Assembly (NCBI GenBank): GCA_964437385.1
Contig: CAYTGX010000007.1
Coordinates: 103 to 64,102 of the forward strand
Origin: an uncultured Spirochaetaceae bacterium
GTDB lineage: Bacteria > Spirochaetota > Spirochaetia > SZUA-6 > Fen-1364
DNA: 64,000 nt
Direction of reading: 5' to 3'
Part shown: positions 18,121 to 26,599 of the stretch, piece after piece
How the letters are laid out: each line of letters begins with the position of its first letter
Numbering within the stretch: the first letter of the stretch is position 1
Translations under genes and position numbers: made by a program
Notes under the pieces: generated by a model
Told to the model about the DNA's origin: nothing
Database searches by the model: none
What the model saw: only the letters and a program-made list of their open reading frames with translations

Positions 18121-19637
18121 GCCTTACCCTCCGCCGCGCCGACTCCCGCCGCGAGCTGGAGGAGAACCTCTTCGCTCGCTTTTTCCCGTCCGACATCGCC
18201 TACCAGCCGCCCCTCGCGCATGACGAGGATCCGATCGCTCATGCCCAGGACCTCGAGCATCTCCGAGGAAATGAGAAGCACCCCCACGCCCGCCTCGACC
18301 AGCGCGTTGATGAGATGGTAGATCTCCACCTTCGCGCCGATGTCCACGCCCCGCGTCGGCTCGTCCAGGAGGAGGACCTTCGTAGTGCAGAGCAGCCACT
18401 TGGCCAGGATCACTTTCTGTTGATTGCCCCCGCTCAGAGTCCGCACGTATGCCCCGATCTTCTGCGGCCGCAGCGCGAGCTCCTTGACCTTTCCCGCAAC
18501 CAGCAGCTCCTGCAGCCTGCGGTTCAAGAATATCCCGCGGCTCATGCGGGGAAAAGAAGCGAGGCTCACGTTGTCGCAGATCGTGCCGGTCATCACCAGC
18601 CCGTCCCGCTTGCGGTCCTCCGTCACCAGGGAGATCCCGACGCGCACCGCCTCCCGGGGAGTCCGCGGCCGCAGCGGCTTGCCGTCCAGGCGGATGCTGC
18701 CTGACGTGGGGGGCTCTGCCCCGAATATGCTCCTGGCAACGGCGGTCCTCCCGCTTCCGACGAGGCCGAACATGCCCAGGACTTCGCCGCGGTGCAGGGA
18801 AAACTCGATGCCGCTGAACTCTCCTTCGCGGGAGAGGGCGTGGACCGAGAGCACTTCATCACCGATCCTCGTCCGGCGCTTTGGATAGATTTCCTCGAAG
18901 GAGCGGCCTACCATCATGCGGATCAGCTCATTCTGATCGATCGAATCGCGCCGTACCGTCCCGACGACTTCGCCGTCCCTGAGGACGGTGATACGATCGG
19001 CAATCTCGAAGACCTCCTCGAGCCGGTGCGAGATGTACAGGATGAGCGTCTTCTCTGACTTGAGCCGCCGAATGAGGGCGAAGAGGAGAGAGAGCTCGTC
19101 CTTGGAGAGGACCGCCGAGGGCTCGTCCAGGATCAGCACGCTCGGCTTTTCGGCCAGCGCCTTGGCGATCTCCACCACCTGCTGCTGCGAGATGCTCAGG
19201 CGAAAGACGCGGGTGCGCGCATTCAGGCCGGCGAACCCCAGCTCGGCAAGGAGGCCCCGCGCCGTCTCCCAGGCCCTGGGCCAGTCGATCACCAGGCGAT
19301 GCCTGCCGCGGGTCGGCAGCTTCCCCATGAGGATGTTCTCCGCGATGGTCAGCTGGGGCACAAGGCTGAACTCCTGGTGCACGGCCCGTATGCCCAGCGC
19401 ATTCGCTTGGTGCGGGGAGCGCATTATCACCTTCGTCTGCCCCAGTGAAATGCTTCCCGCGTCGGGCTGCACAGCGCCGGAGAGGATATTCATCAGCGTG
19501 GATTTGCCGGCGCCGTTTTCCCCCACCAGGACGTGGACCTCGCCGAGCTCGGCAGACAGGCTCACGTCCTTCAGGGCAACGGTGCCGCCATACTTCTTGT
19601 TGATGCCCTCCATCCGGAGGAAAGCATCAGCATTCAT
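18117..19637 (-). CDS. sugar ABC transporter ATP-binding protein, tandem NBDs (CUT2/RbsA type)
   Basis: Walker A motifs GENGAGKST and GLVGSGRT, signature LSGGNQQK, 506 aa. There are 4-nt overlaps with both neighbours. Confidence 0.9.
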   Translation of the reverse strand: MNADAFLRMEGINKKYGGTVALKDVSLSAELGEVHVLVGENGAGKSTLMNILSGAVQPDAGSISLGQTKVIMRSPHQANALGIRAVHQEFSLVPQLTIAENILMGKLPTRGRHRLVIDWPRAWETARGLLAELGFAGLNARTRVFRLSISQQQVVEIAKALAEKPSVLILDEPSAVLSKDELSLLFALIRRLKSEKTLILYISHRLEEVFEIADRITVLRDGEVVGTVRRDSIDQNELIRMMVGRSFEEIYPKRRTRIGDEVLSVHALSREGEFSGIEFSLHRGEVLGMFGLVGSGRTAVARSIFGAEPPTSGSIRLDGKPLRPRTPREAVRVGISLVTEDRKRDGLVMTGTICDNVSLASFPRMSRGIFLNRRLQELLVAGKVKELALRPQKIGAYVRTLSGGNQQKVILAKWLLCTTKVLLLDEPTRGVDIGAKVEIYHLINALVEAGVGVLLISSEMLEVLGMSDRILVMREGRLVGDVGREKASEEVLLQLAAGVGAAEGKA

Positions 19638-21094
19638 GATTCTTCGCGCTCCTTGGCAGGAGGAAATGCATTGTGGATGATGATGGCCTTCTGCTCCGTC
19701 ATGTCCGTCAGTGTATCGTGCAGAGCTTCCCGTCCATGACCGCTCATCTTCGTGCCTCCGAACGGCACGTTCTCCGCACGGAACGCCGAGGACCAGTTGA
19801 TGATCACGCCTCCGGCCTCCAGCCGGCTCGCAATGGTCATTGCCCGGGAGATATCATTGGTGAAAACCGCGGCCTGCAGGCCGAAGGGGCTGTCGTTGGC
19901 CATGCGGATGGCCTCGTTGATGTCCGAGAAAGCAGCCAGCGGGGCCACCGGGCCGAACGTCTCTTCATGGAACAGCGGCGCCGAGAGAGGAACGTCGGAG
20001 AGAACTGTCGGAACGATGAACGCGCCGCGGCGGGCTCCGCCGCACAGGATCTTCGCTCCCGCCTTCACCGCCTCGACAATCGAGTCCTCGACCTTTTTTG
20101 CAGCGCTCTCCGAAATCAACGGTCCGCAGTCAGTGTCCTCGGCGAGCTGGTCCCCCACCTTCAGGTGAGCCGCCTTCGAGGCCAGCAGCGTGCAGAACTC
20201 GCTGTAGATGCGCCGATCGATGAAGATCCGCTTGACGGCGCAGCAGATCTGGCCGTTCCCGCGGGCAAGACGGCCCAGGACGACGGCATCCGTCGCCTTG
20301 TCGATGTCGGCGTCCGCGCAGACGATCATTGCGTCGTTCCCGCCGAGCTCGAGGTGGATCTTCTGCATGGTCTTCGCGCCGAGCTCGGTGAGCCTGATGC
20401 CAACGGAGGTGCTGCCCGTGAGGGAGAGAAGGCGCACGACGGGGCTTCGGGCCAGACGCTCTCCGACCAGCTCGCCCGGGCCGGTGATCATCTGGTGCGC
20501 CCCGCGCGGGAGGCCTGCTTCCTCGAGGATCTGGGCGATCTTGAGCAGCGCGAGCGGACAGGCACTGGGCGGCTTCGCTATGACCGCGTTGCCGGCGGCC
20601 AGTGCCGCGGCGGCCTTGTGGGCGTACAGCTCCACTGGGTAGTTGAAGGGAACGATCGCTGCTACGACCCCGAGGGGCTGCCTGATGGTCATGGCGAAGT
20701 GGCGCTCATTGCCGGGAACCGCATCCATCGGGATCGTCCGGCCGAACATCCGTCGGCCCTCCTCGGCGAAACCGCTGAACAGGCGTCCCGCCACCTCGAC
20801 CTCGGCGCGGGTCTGGCCGATCGGCTTGCCATTCTCCCGGGCCAGCAGCCTCGCGAGCTCTTCATTCCTGGATTGCATGGCCGCCGCCGCGCGGATCAGG
20901 ACGGCCGAGCGCTCGTGTGCGGGCAGCGCCCGCATCCGCGCGCTGCCCTGCGCCGCGGATTTCAAGGCACGGTCGACGTCAGCTTCGGTCGCCAGGGGAA
21001 CCTCGTCGATGATTTCCCCGGTCCCGGGGTTGCGGACCGCCGTGGTCCTGCGGTCAGCGGAATCGGTCCACTGGCTTTCGATGAGCATTTTCAT
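19634..21094 (-). CDS. NAD(P)-dependent aldehyde dehydrogenase
   Basis: FNYPVELYAHKAAAALAAGNAVIAKPPS, ELGGND and GQICCAVKR (catalytic Cys) are ALDH family motifs. Confidence 0.9.
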   Translation of the reverse strand: MKMLIESQWTDSADRRTTAVRNPGTGEIIDEVPLATEADVDRALKSAAQGSARMRALPAHERSAVLIRAAAAMQSRNEELARLLARENGKPIGQTRAEVEVAGRLFSGFAEEGRRMFGRTIPMDAVPGNERHFAMTIRQPLGVVAAIVPFNYPVELYAHKAAAALAAGNAVIAKPPSACPLALLKIAQILEEAGLPRGAHQMITGPGELVGERLARSPVVRLLSLTGSTSVGIRLTELGAKTMQKIHLELGGNDAMIVCADADIDKATDAVVLGRLARGNGQICCAVKRIFIDRRIYSEFCTLLASKAAHLKVGDQLAEDTDCGPLISESAAKKVEDSIVEAVKAGAKILCGGARRGAFIVPTVLSDVPLSAPLFHEETFGPVAPLAAFSDINEAIRMANDSPFGLQAAVFTNDISRAMTIASRLEAGGVIINWSSAFRAENVPFGGTKMSGHGREALHDTLTDMTEQKAIIIHNAFPPAKEREES

Positions 21095-21118
21095 GTGAGG
21101 TCTCCAGAGGGCAAATTA

Positions 21119-21141
21119 CGGCCCCTCGAAACGAGGGGCCG
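21119..21141 (-). other. intercistronic hairpin after the binding-protein gene
   Basis: cggcccctcg aaa cgaggggccg is a 10-bp perfect stem located between the SBP stop (21150) and the ALDH start (21094). Confidence 0.4.
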
Positions 21142-21149
21142 CGGAAATC

Positions 21150-22109
21150 CTAGAACACGCTTTCAGGGAAATAGAACCTGGCGACGTTGTCAATGGTGAT
21201 GATGGGCGAGGCCATGACGGTGTTCTTCTCCGAGGTGGCGCCGGCGAGAATCGACATGAGGCGGGTGAAGCTGGCACGGCCGATCTGATCGGAGCTGTTG
21301 AGCCCGGTCGCGGCGTAGTTGCCCTTCTTGGCGATCTCCTGGAGGGCGGCCTTCTCTCCGTCCACTCCGCAGATGAAGATCTTGTCGGTGCGCTTGGCGT
21401 CGGCGATGGCCTTCTGGGCGCCGAGGCCCATGGAGTCATTCTCCGCGAAGACGGCGTCAATCTTGTCGTACTTGGCGAGCAGGTCCTCCATGAGCTTGAA
21501 GCCGCCGTCCGAGCTCCAGCCGCCGTAGTTCGGGGCTGCGATCGTCACGATCTTGGTCTTCTTGAGCTCGGAGAGCACGCCGTTGGTGCGGTTGTAGCCG
21601 ATCGAGTTGTCCGCGGGTCCGCCCTTCAGGATCACCACGGTCCCGACGCCCTTGAGCCGCTTCGCGATATAGGCGCCGACCTGCTGGCCGATGGCCAGAT
21701 TGTCCGGGCCGACCCAGCTGGTGTACTGATCGCTGCTCGGGCCCGTGAACATCCTGTCGACGAGGACGACGGGGACGTTGGCCCTCTTGATCGCGTCAAG
21801 GACCTCGGGAGCCGACTCGAGCCAGGCGCCGCTCAAGATGATGCCTTTGACGTTCTGTGCCAGAACGTCTTCCACGTCGGAGGTCAGCTTCTGCGCGTCG
21901 CCCTTGGCGTCGGTGATGATGACCTTGATGTTGGTGAAGTGGGCAGCTTCCTGCTTCACCGCCTCGGCCATGCCGATGAAGTACGGGCTGCTCTGCGCGA
22001 GGTTCACCATGGCGATCTTGATTTGCTTTGCCTGGGCGGTGACGGCCATGGCAGAGAATACCATCGCGACCACGGCCAGGATGAGCACGAGAGACCGGAT
22101 CTTTCTCAT
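21150..22109 (-). CDS. sugar ABC transporter periplasmic binding protein (RbsB-like, CUT2)
   Basis: Signal peptide MRKIRSLVLILAVVAMVFSAMAVTAQA. Periplasmic-binding-protein type I layout with VVLVDR and GADN-like motifs. Confidence 0.9.
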   Translation of the reverse strand: MRKIRSLVLILAVVAMVFSAMAVTAQAKQIKIAMVNLAQSSPYFIGMAEAVKQEAAHFTNIKVIITDAKGDAQKLTSDVEDVLAQNVKGIILSGAWLESAPEVLDAIKRANVPVVLVDRMFTGPSSDQYTSWVGPDNLAIGQQVGAYIAKRLKGVGTVVILKGGPADNSIGYNRTNGVLSELKKTKIVTIAAPNYGGWSSDGGFKLMEDLLAKYDKIDAVFAENDSMGLGAQKAIADAKRTDKIFICGVDGEKAALQEIAKKGNYAATGLNSSDQIGRASFTRLMSILAGATSEKNTVMASPIITIDNVARFYFPESVF

Positions 22110-22171
22110 GAAATGTCTCCTCCTTCACGATTACTCACCGGAAAACTTCCGGTTGGGATCTCATAGGAAAA

Positions 22172-22186
22172 GCAATAAGCGTGCCA
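22172..22186 (-). promoter_or_regulatory. sigma-54 (-24/-12) promoter for the RbsB-ALDH-RbsA-RbsC operon
   Basis: The minus strand reads TGGCAC-gctta-TTGCT, a perfect match to TGGCAC-N5-TTGCW, about 63 nt upstream of the ATG at 22109. Confidence 0.75.
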
Positions 22187-22269
22187 TGGAAGGAGATTTT
22201 TCCCATGCATAGTCGCTATGCAGCAATTCACTATGGCATAGAATTTTAAAGACATGACACAAATAAAAA

Positions 22270-22298
22270 TTGACAGCACGTTTGCGAGCCTCTATAAT
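22270..22298 (+). promoter_or_regulatory. sigma-70 promoter for the NtrC-like/HK operon
   Basis: TTGACA (22270-22275), a 17-nt spacer, then TATAAT (22293-22298). Both hexamers are consensus. It lies about 60 nt upstream of the ATG at 22357. Confidence 0.6.
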
Positions 22299-22301
22299 TC
22301 T

Positions 22302-22318
22302 TGAGTAATTTTTACTCA
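22302..22318. promoter_or_regulatory. palindromic operator/UAS candidate TGAGTAA-ttt-TTACTCA
   Basis: Perfect 7-3-7 inverted repeat. Additional GTGAGTAA half-sites lie at 22334-22341 (+) and 22131-22138 (-). It sits about 125 bp upstream of the sigma-54 -24 element and directly downstream of the sigma-70 -10. Confidence 0.5.
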
Positions 22319-22356
22319 CACTGCGAAATCGAAGTGAGTAAATCCGGTGGTGAGAT

Positions 22357-23679
22357 ATGGGAACAGGCATCCTTGTCATCGACGACAAGGTGAAGGTCTG
22401 CAAAAGCCTGGCGCAGAATTTCGAGCACCTCGGCTATCGCGCGGCCATCGCCACCAGCAGCAGGGAAGCGCTCGCGGCGTTCGCAGCGGGCGGGATCGAT
22501 GTTGTGCTCCTCGACATCATGCTGGGCGAGGAGAGCGGCATTGACGTATTGAAGAGGCTCCAGGCGGTCGACAAGACTGTCCCGGTGATCATGATCACTG
22601 CATTCGCCTCTGTGGAGACTGCCGTGCTCTCCCTCAAGCTCGGCGCCTTCGACTACGTGAAGAAGCCTCTTGATTTCGACGACCTCCTCATGACGGTGGA
22701 GAAGGCCCTCGAGTTCTCCCGGCTCCAGGAGGAGAACACCAACCTCAAATCCCGGCTCCGCGCGCTGTCCGCGACGATCGTTACCGGGGACCCCCTGATG
22801 ATCGCGCTCAGGAACAAGATGGAAAAGCTGGCGGTGACGGACCTGCCGGTACTGATCGACGGGGAGAGCGGGACGGGCAAGGAAGTCTTCGCCGATTATA
22901 TCCACGCCGCCTCGTCCCGCAGCGCGCGGCCGATGGTCAAGGTCAACTGCGTGGCCCTGCCCGAGTCCCTCCTGGACAACGAGCTTTTCGGGCATGAGAA
23001 GGGCGCCTACACGGGAGCCGATGCGGTCTTCAAGGGCCTCTTCGAGACGGCGGACGGGAGCACCCTCTTTCTCGATGAGATCGGCGACATGCCGCTCGGG
23101 ATCCAGGCGAAGATCCTGCGGACGCTGCAGAACAACGAGATCCGGCGGCTGGGAGGGAGCGCAACGATCAAGGTCGATGTGAGGTTCATCGCCGCCACGA
23201 ACAAGGACCTCGTGGACCTGACCCGGAAGAATCTCTTCCGCGAGGACCTGTACTATCGCCTCAACGCCGCCGTCCTCTCAGTCCCCTCGCTGCGGGAGCG
23301 CAAGGGGGACATCCCGCTCCTCGTCGAGCACTTCCTTTCGGAGCGCGCCGTCAACGGCCGCAAAGAGCTGGCACCCGAGGTTGCGGCGAGGTTCCAGGCC
23401 TACGACTGGCCGGGGAACGTGCGCGAGCTGAAGAACGTCGTGAACTATGCCACGGCGATATCCCTGAACGAGCGCATCGAGATGGAGGATCTGCCGGCCC
23501 ATTTCCTGGGCCAGGGCTATGCCGCCGAGCCTGCCGATATCCGCCAGGAAATGGAGAGAGACCTGATCGTGCGGGTCCTCCAGAGCACGAGGTACAATCG
23601 CTCAAGGACGGCGGAGATACTGAACATGAGCCGCAAGACCCTCTACAGCAAGATGGCGAAGTATGGCCTCAACGCCTGA
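22357..23679 (+). CDS. sigma-54-dependent response regulator (NtrC family: REC-AAA+-Fis HTH)
   Basis: REC domain (ILVIDDK...VVLLDIMLGEESG), AAA+ Walker A GESGTGKE, sigma-54 contact loop GAYTGA, and C-terminal HTH RSRTAEILNMSRKTLYSKMAKYGL. Confidence 0.9.
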   Translation: MGTGILVIDDKVKVCKSLAQNFEHLGYRAAIATSSREALAAFAAGGIDVVLLDIMLGEESGIDVLKRLQAVDKTVPVIMITAFASVETAVLSLKLGAFDYVKKPLDFDDLLMTVEKALEFSRLQEENTNLKSRLRALSATIVTGDPLMIALRNKMEKLAVTDLPVLIDGESGTGKEVFADYIHAASSRSARPMVKVNCVALPESLLDNELFGHEKGAYTGADAVFKGLFETADGSTLFLDEIGDMPLGIQAKILRTLQNNEIRRLGGSATIKVDVRFIAATNKDLVDLTRKNLFREDLYYRLNAAVLSVPSLRERKGDIPLLVEHFLSERAVNGRKELAPEVAARFQAYDWPGNVRELKNVVNYATAISLNERIEMEDLPAHFLGQGYAAEPADIRQEMERDLIVRVLQSTRYNRSRTAEILNMSRKTLYSKMAKYGLNA

Positions 23680-25558
23680 GCCGCCCCGCGCCGGTCCCCC
23701 GGGGGGAAACGAGATCCTGCGCCTCTCGGACATTTCCCTCGACTACGGCCAGGTCGTGGCGCTGAAGGACGTGAACCTTGCCCTCTACCCCTCAATGATC
23801 CACGCCCTGGTCGGAGAGCACGGCGCGGGCAAGTCCTCCCTCGGCATGGTCATCAGCGGCAGCCTGCGGCCCAGGACGGGGACGATACAGTTCGCCGGCC
23901 GGCGGCTCGACTCGCTCAGCATCCCCGTGGCGCATCGCCTGGGCATCGAGATGGTCTACCAGCAGGTACAGCTCAATGACTATTACTCCGTCGCGGAGAA
24001 CATCTTCTTCCTGGCCAAGGAGACGACCCGGCACGGACTGCTCAACCAGAGAGTCGTCGCCGCGAAGGCCCGGTCATTCCTGGACCTCCACGACTTCAGC
24101 CTGAACCCGGCCGCCATGGTCAGGAACCTCAACCTGCCCGATCGTGTGCTCATCTCGATCCTGGCCGCACTGCAGAAGAGGCCGAAGCTCCTGATCCTGG
24201 ACGAAGCCCTCGAAAAGCTCTCCTCCATCAACCTGCCCAAGGTGGTCCGCGTCCTTGACGCAATGAGATCGGACGGCATGTCCATCCTCTTCATCACGCA
24301 CCGTATCGAGGACGTCTACGACTTCGCGGACCGGGTGAGCATCGTGAAGAACGGCGAGATCCTGGTGACCGACGAGGTCGGCCATATCGACAAGATGAAC
24401 CTGCTGCGGTTGACCTACACGCAGGTGTACTCCCTGGAGGACTCCGGCAACCGCAAGCGCGAGTTCAACCAGTACCTCAAGTACTACGAGGCGGTGCTCC
24501 AGAAGCTGCCCGTCAACCTCATCGTCGTGGACGCCGAAGAGCGGGTAAAAATCGTCAACGAGCTGTGCAAGGAATACTTCCACATCGAAGGCGTGATGTC
24601 CTCCCATCGCCCCCTTGCAGCACTCCTCGGGGAAGAGAACGGTGAGGTCCTGGCCCTCATCCGCGAGGCGCTCCGCTCCGACGAGGGCGGCGAGTTCTAC
24701 CAGGTGCCCCTGACGATCGGCGGGGTGGAGACGATCAGCAACGTGAGGACCCTCCCGATCTTCGACGAAGGCCAGCGGATCGGCACCATCATCATCATCG
24801 AGGACATCTCCGAGTTCGACAGGCTGCAGAAGCAGGTCATCCTGTCCGAAAAGCTCGCGTCGGTCGGGCTCCTGGCCGCCGGGGTGGCGCACGAGATCAA
24901 CAACCCTCTGGAGATCGTCTACAACTACCTGAAGTACATCAAGCTGTCCTTCGATGACGCGAAGCTGCACGGCATGGTCGACGAGCTCCACGAGGAGATC
25001 ACCTACATTGCCGGCATCGTCCGCAACCTCCTCTCCCTCTCCGGTACGGCTGAGACGGGGCGGGAGGAGACGGACCTGAACGAGATGATCGGGAGCATCA
25101 TCGGGCTTCTTCGGCACAGCGCCCATGACAAGGAGATCTCGATCTCATTCCTGTCGAGCGAAAAGAAGCTCCTGCTCAAGGTCAACCGCAACGAGATAAA
25201 GCAGGTGCTTCTCAACCTGGTGAAGAACAGCTTCGAGGCCATGCCCGGCGGGGGCGACATCACGATCGGGACTTCCCTTGCCGCGGACGAAAAGGGGCGA
25301 CCCTGCGCGACGATCGAGTTCACCGATACGGGCCCGGGCATCCAGGGCGCGAACCTCAACAACGTGTTCATCCCGTTCTATTCGACCCGCAAGGGCAAAG
25401 GGGACAACGTCGGGCTGGGGCTCTCCATCTGCTATGGAATCATCAAGCGGCACGACGGGTTCATGCGCGTCAAAAACATCGAGCACTCGGGATGCCAGTT
25501 TACGATCACGCTCCCCCTGACCCCGGACGATTCACTCGGCGGCGCGGGGACCTGGTAG
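23663..25558 (+). CDS. soluble sensor histidine kinase with an N-terminal ABC-ATPase-like domain (NBD-PAS-HisKA-HATPase_c)
   Basis: N-terminus: GEHGAGKSS (Walker A), YQQ (Q-loop), LLILDEA (Walker B), FITHR (H-loop); the signature position reads NLNLPDRV. C-terminus: AHEINNPLE (H-box), LVKNSFEAM, DTGPGI, GLGLSI. Overlaps the regulator gene by 17 nt. Confidence 0.85.
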   Translation: MASTPEPPRAGPPGGNEILRLSDISLDYGQVVALKDVNLALYPSMIHALVGEHGAGKSSLGMVISGSLRPRTGTIQFAGRRLDSLSIPVAHRLGIEMVYQQVQLNDYYSVAENIFFLAKETTRHGLLNQRVVAAKARSFLDLHDFSLNPAAMVRNLNLPDRVLISILAALQKRPKLLILDEALEKLSSINLPKVVRVLDAMRSDGMSILFITHRIEDVYDFADRVSIVKNGEILVTDEVGHIDKMNLLRLTYTQVYSLEDSGNRKREFNQYLKYYEAVLQKLPVNLIVVDAEERVKIVNELCKEYFHIEGVMSSHRPLAALLGEENGEVLALIREALRSDEGGEFYQVPLTIGGVETISNVRTLPIFDEGQRIGTIIIIEDISEFDRLQKQVILSEKLASVGLLAAGVAHEINNPLEIVYNYLKYIKLSFDDAKLHGMVDELHEEITYIAGIVRNLLSLSGTAETGREETDLNEMIGSIIGLLRHSAHDKEISISFLSSEKKLLLKVNRNEIKQVLLNLVKNSFEAMPGGGDITIGTSLAADEKGRPCATIEFTDTGPGIQGANLNNVFIPFYSTRKGKGDNVGLGLSICYGIIKRHDGFMRVKNIEHSGCQFTITLPLTPDDSLGGAGTW

Positions 25559-25686
25559 CGCGCACGGGTCGCGTCGACCTGCTCCGCCCGGGCCTACAGA
25601 TCCGTATGGTCCGAAAGTGCGGTTTGCCGCACCAGGGCCGTGGCACTTTCGTTGCGCGTGAACTCCAATGGTGATATAAGAGCCTC

Positions 25687-26166
25687 ATGCCGATTCACGA
25701 ACTGCAGAATTATCGCTACCGGGGAGCTCGAGCCCTGGTGCTTCTCCATGGGCAGGCCCTGCGGGGATTGCTTCCGGTCTGGCAGAGAGCGAAGGCCGCA
25801 CAAGTCCGGCTGCCTTCTACTCAGGATCCCAACTATGCGTCGCTGGAATCGCTTCTCCATCACGCCCTGCGGGCCGCGCGCGGCTACATGACATGGCTGT
25901 GTGAGAAGCTCGGCCTGCCGGATCCCGGGATCGATCCGGAGCCGGAAGCCTCCCGCGTGGAGCAGGAAGTGGAGAGCTACATCGAGCACCTGTTGGCGCG
26001 CTGGCGTCTGCCTTTGGCGGACGTGGAGGAAACGCGTTTCCAGACCATCCACAAGTCGCGCTGGGGAGAGGACATGAGCCTGGAGGGCATGCTGGAGCAT
26101 GCCGTGATGCATCCCCTCCGGCACCGGTTCCAGCTGGAGGAGCTCATGGAGGCCTCTGAAGCTTAG
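25687..26166 (+). CDS. DinB-superfamily protein
   Basis: C-terminal MLEHAVMHPLRHRFQLEEL resembles the DinB/YfiT His-rich helix. 159 aa. Preferred over the A/G-rich antisense ORF 25594..26508. Confidence 0.65.
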   Translation: MPIHELQNYRYRGARALVLLHGQALRGLLPVWQRAKAAQVRLPSTQDPNYASLESLLHHALRAARGYMTWLCEKLGLPDPGIDPEPEASRVEQEVESYIEHLLARWRLPLADVEETRFQTIHKSRWGEDMSLEGMLEHAVMHPLRHRFQLEELMEASEA

Positions 26167-26477
26167 ATGCCCCGCTGCTGTCGTGCCCGCTGCTGCGCCT
26201 GCTGGAGCTGCTGAACCCGCTGTTGATCCCGCTGCTGTTTGACAAGCTTCTTGGCATCCTGCTGGTGAACCCGCAGTTGATCCCGCTGCTGCTTGGCAAG
26301 CTGCTGGCCCTGAAGCTCTTTGAGCAGCCGCATATCCCGCGTCTGGTTCACCAACCGCTGTTGAACCGGCCGTATCTCCGGCTGCTGCGCCTGCTGTGAA
26401 ACCCGATCCAGATCGCGCTGCGCCTGCTGCTGATCCTGCAGCTCCCGCGCCCGCTGAAGAATGCTGTCTTCTTGCAT
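26163..26477 (-). CDS. small Gln/Arg-rich low-complexity (coiled-coil-like) protein
   Basis: 104 aa, 34 Gln by my count, with recurring QQRDQ motifs. The ATG has a well-spaced GGAG (caGGAGtccatATG). No family was recognised. Confidence 0.4.
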   Translation of the reverse strand: MQEDSILQRARELQDQQQAQRDLDRVSQQAQQPEIRPVQQRLVNQTRDMRLLKELQGQQLAKQQRDQLRVHQQDAKKLVKQQRDQQRVQQLQQAQQRARQQRGI

Positions 26478-26599
26478 ATGGACTCCTGTGAAATAGTAAT
26501 GACAACACCCGTCGCGCTCTGTACGGAAGCGCGCATAGTATGCTGCCCCGCTATCCTACAGGTACTTGCGGACCGGAGGTTTTATCTCGGCGTTGCAAT

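Noticed and set aside
25594-26508. 304-aa minus-strand ORF, Ala/Gly-rich, covering the DinB-like gene and the Q-rich tract.
   Set aside because: Its composition is a low-complexity AG run (…AGAGAAGSAAGAARSGSG…). It overlaps a plus-strand ORF with a recognisable DinB C-terminal motif. It is an alternative frame of the CTG-periodic repeat.
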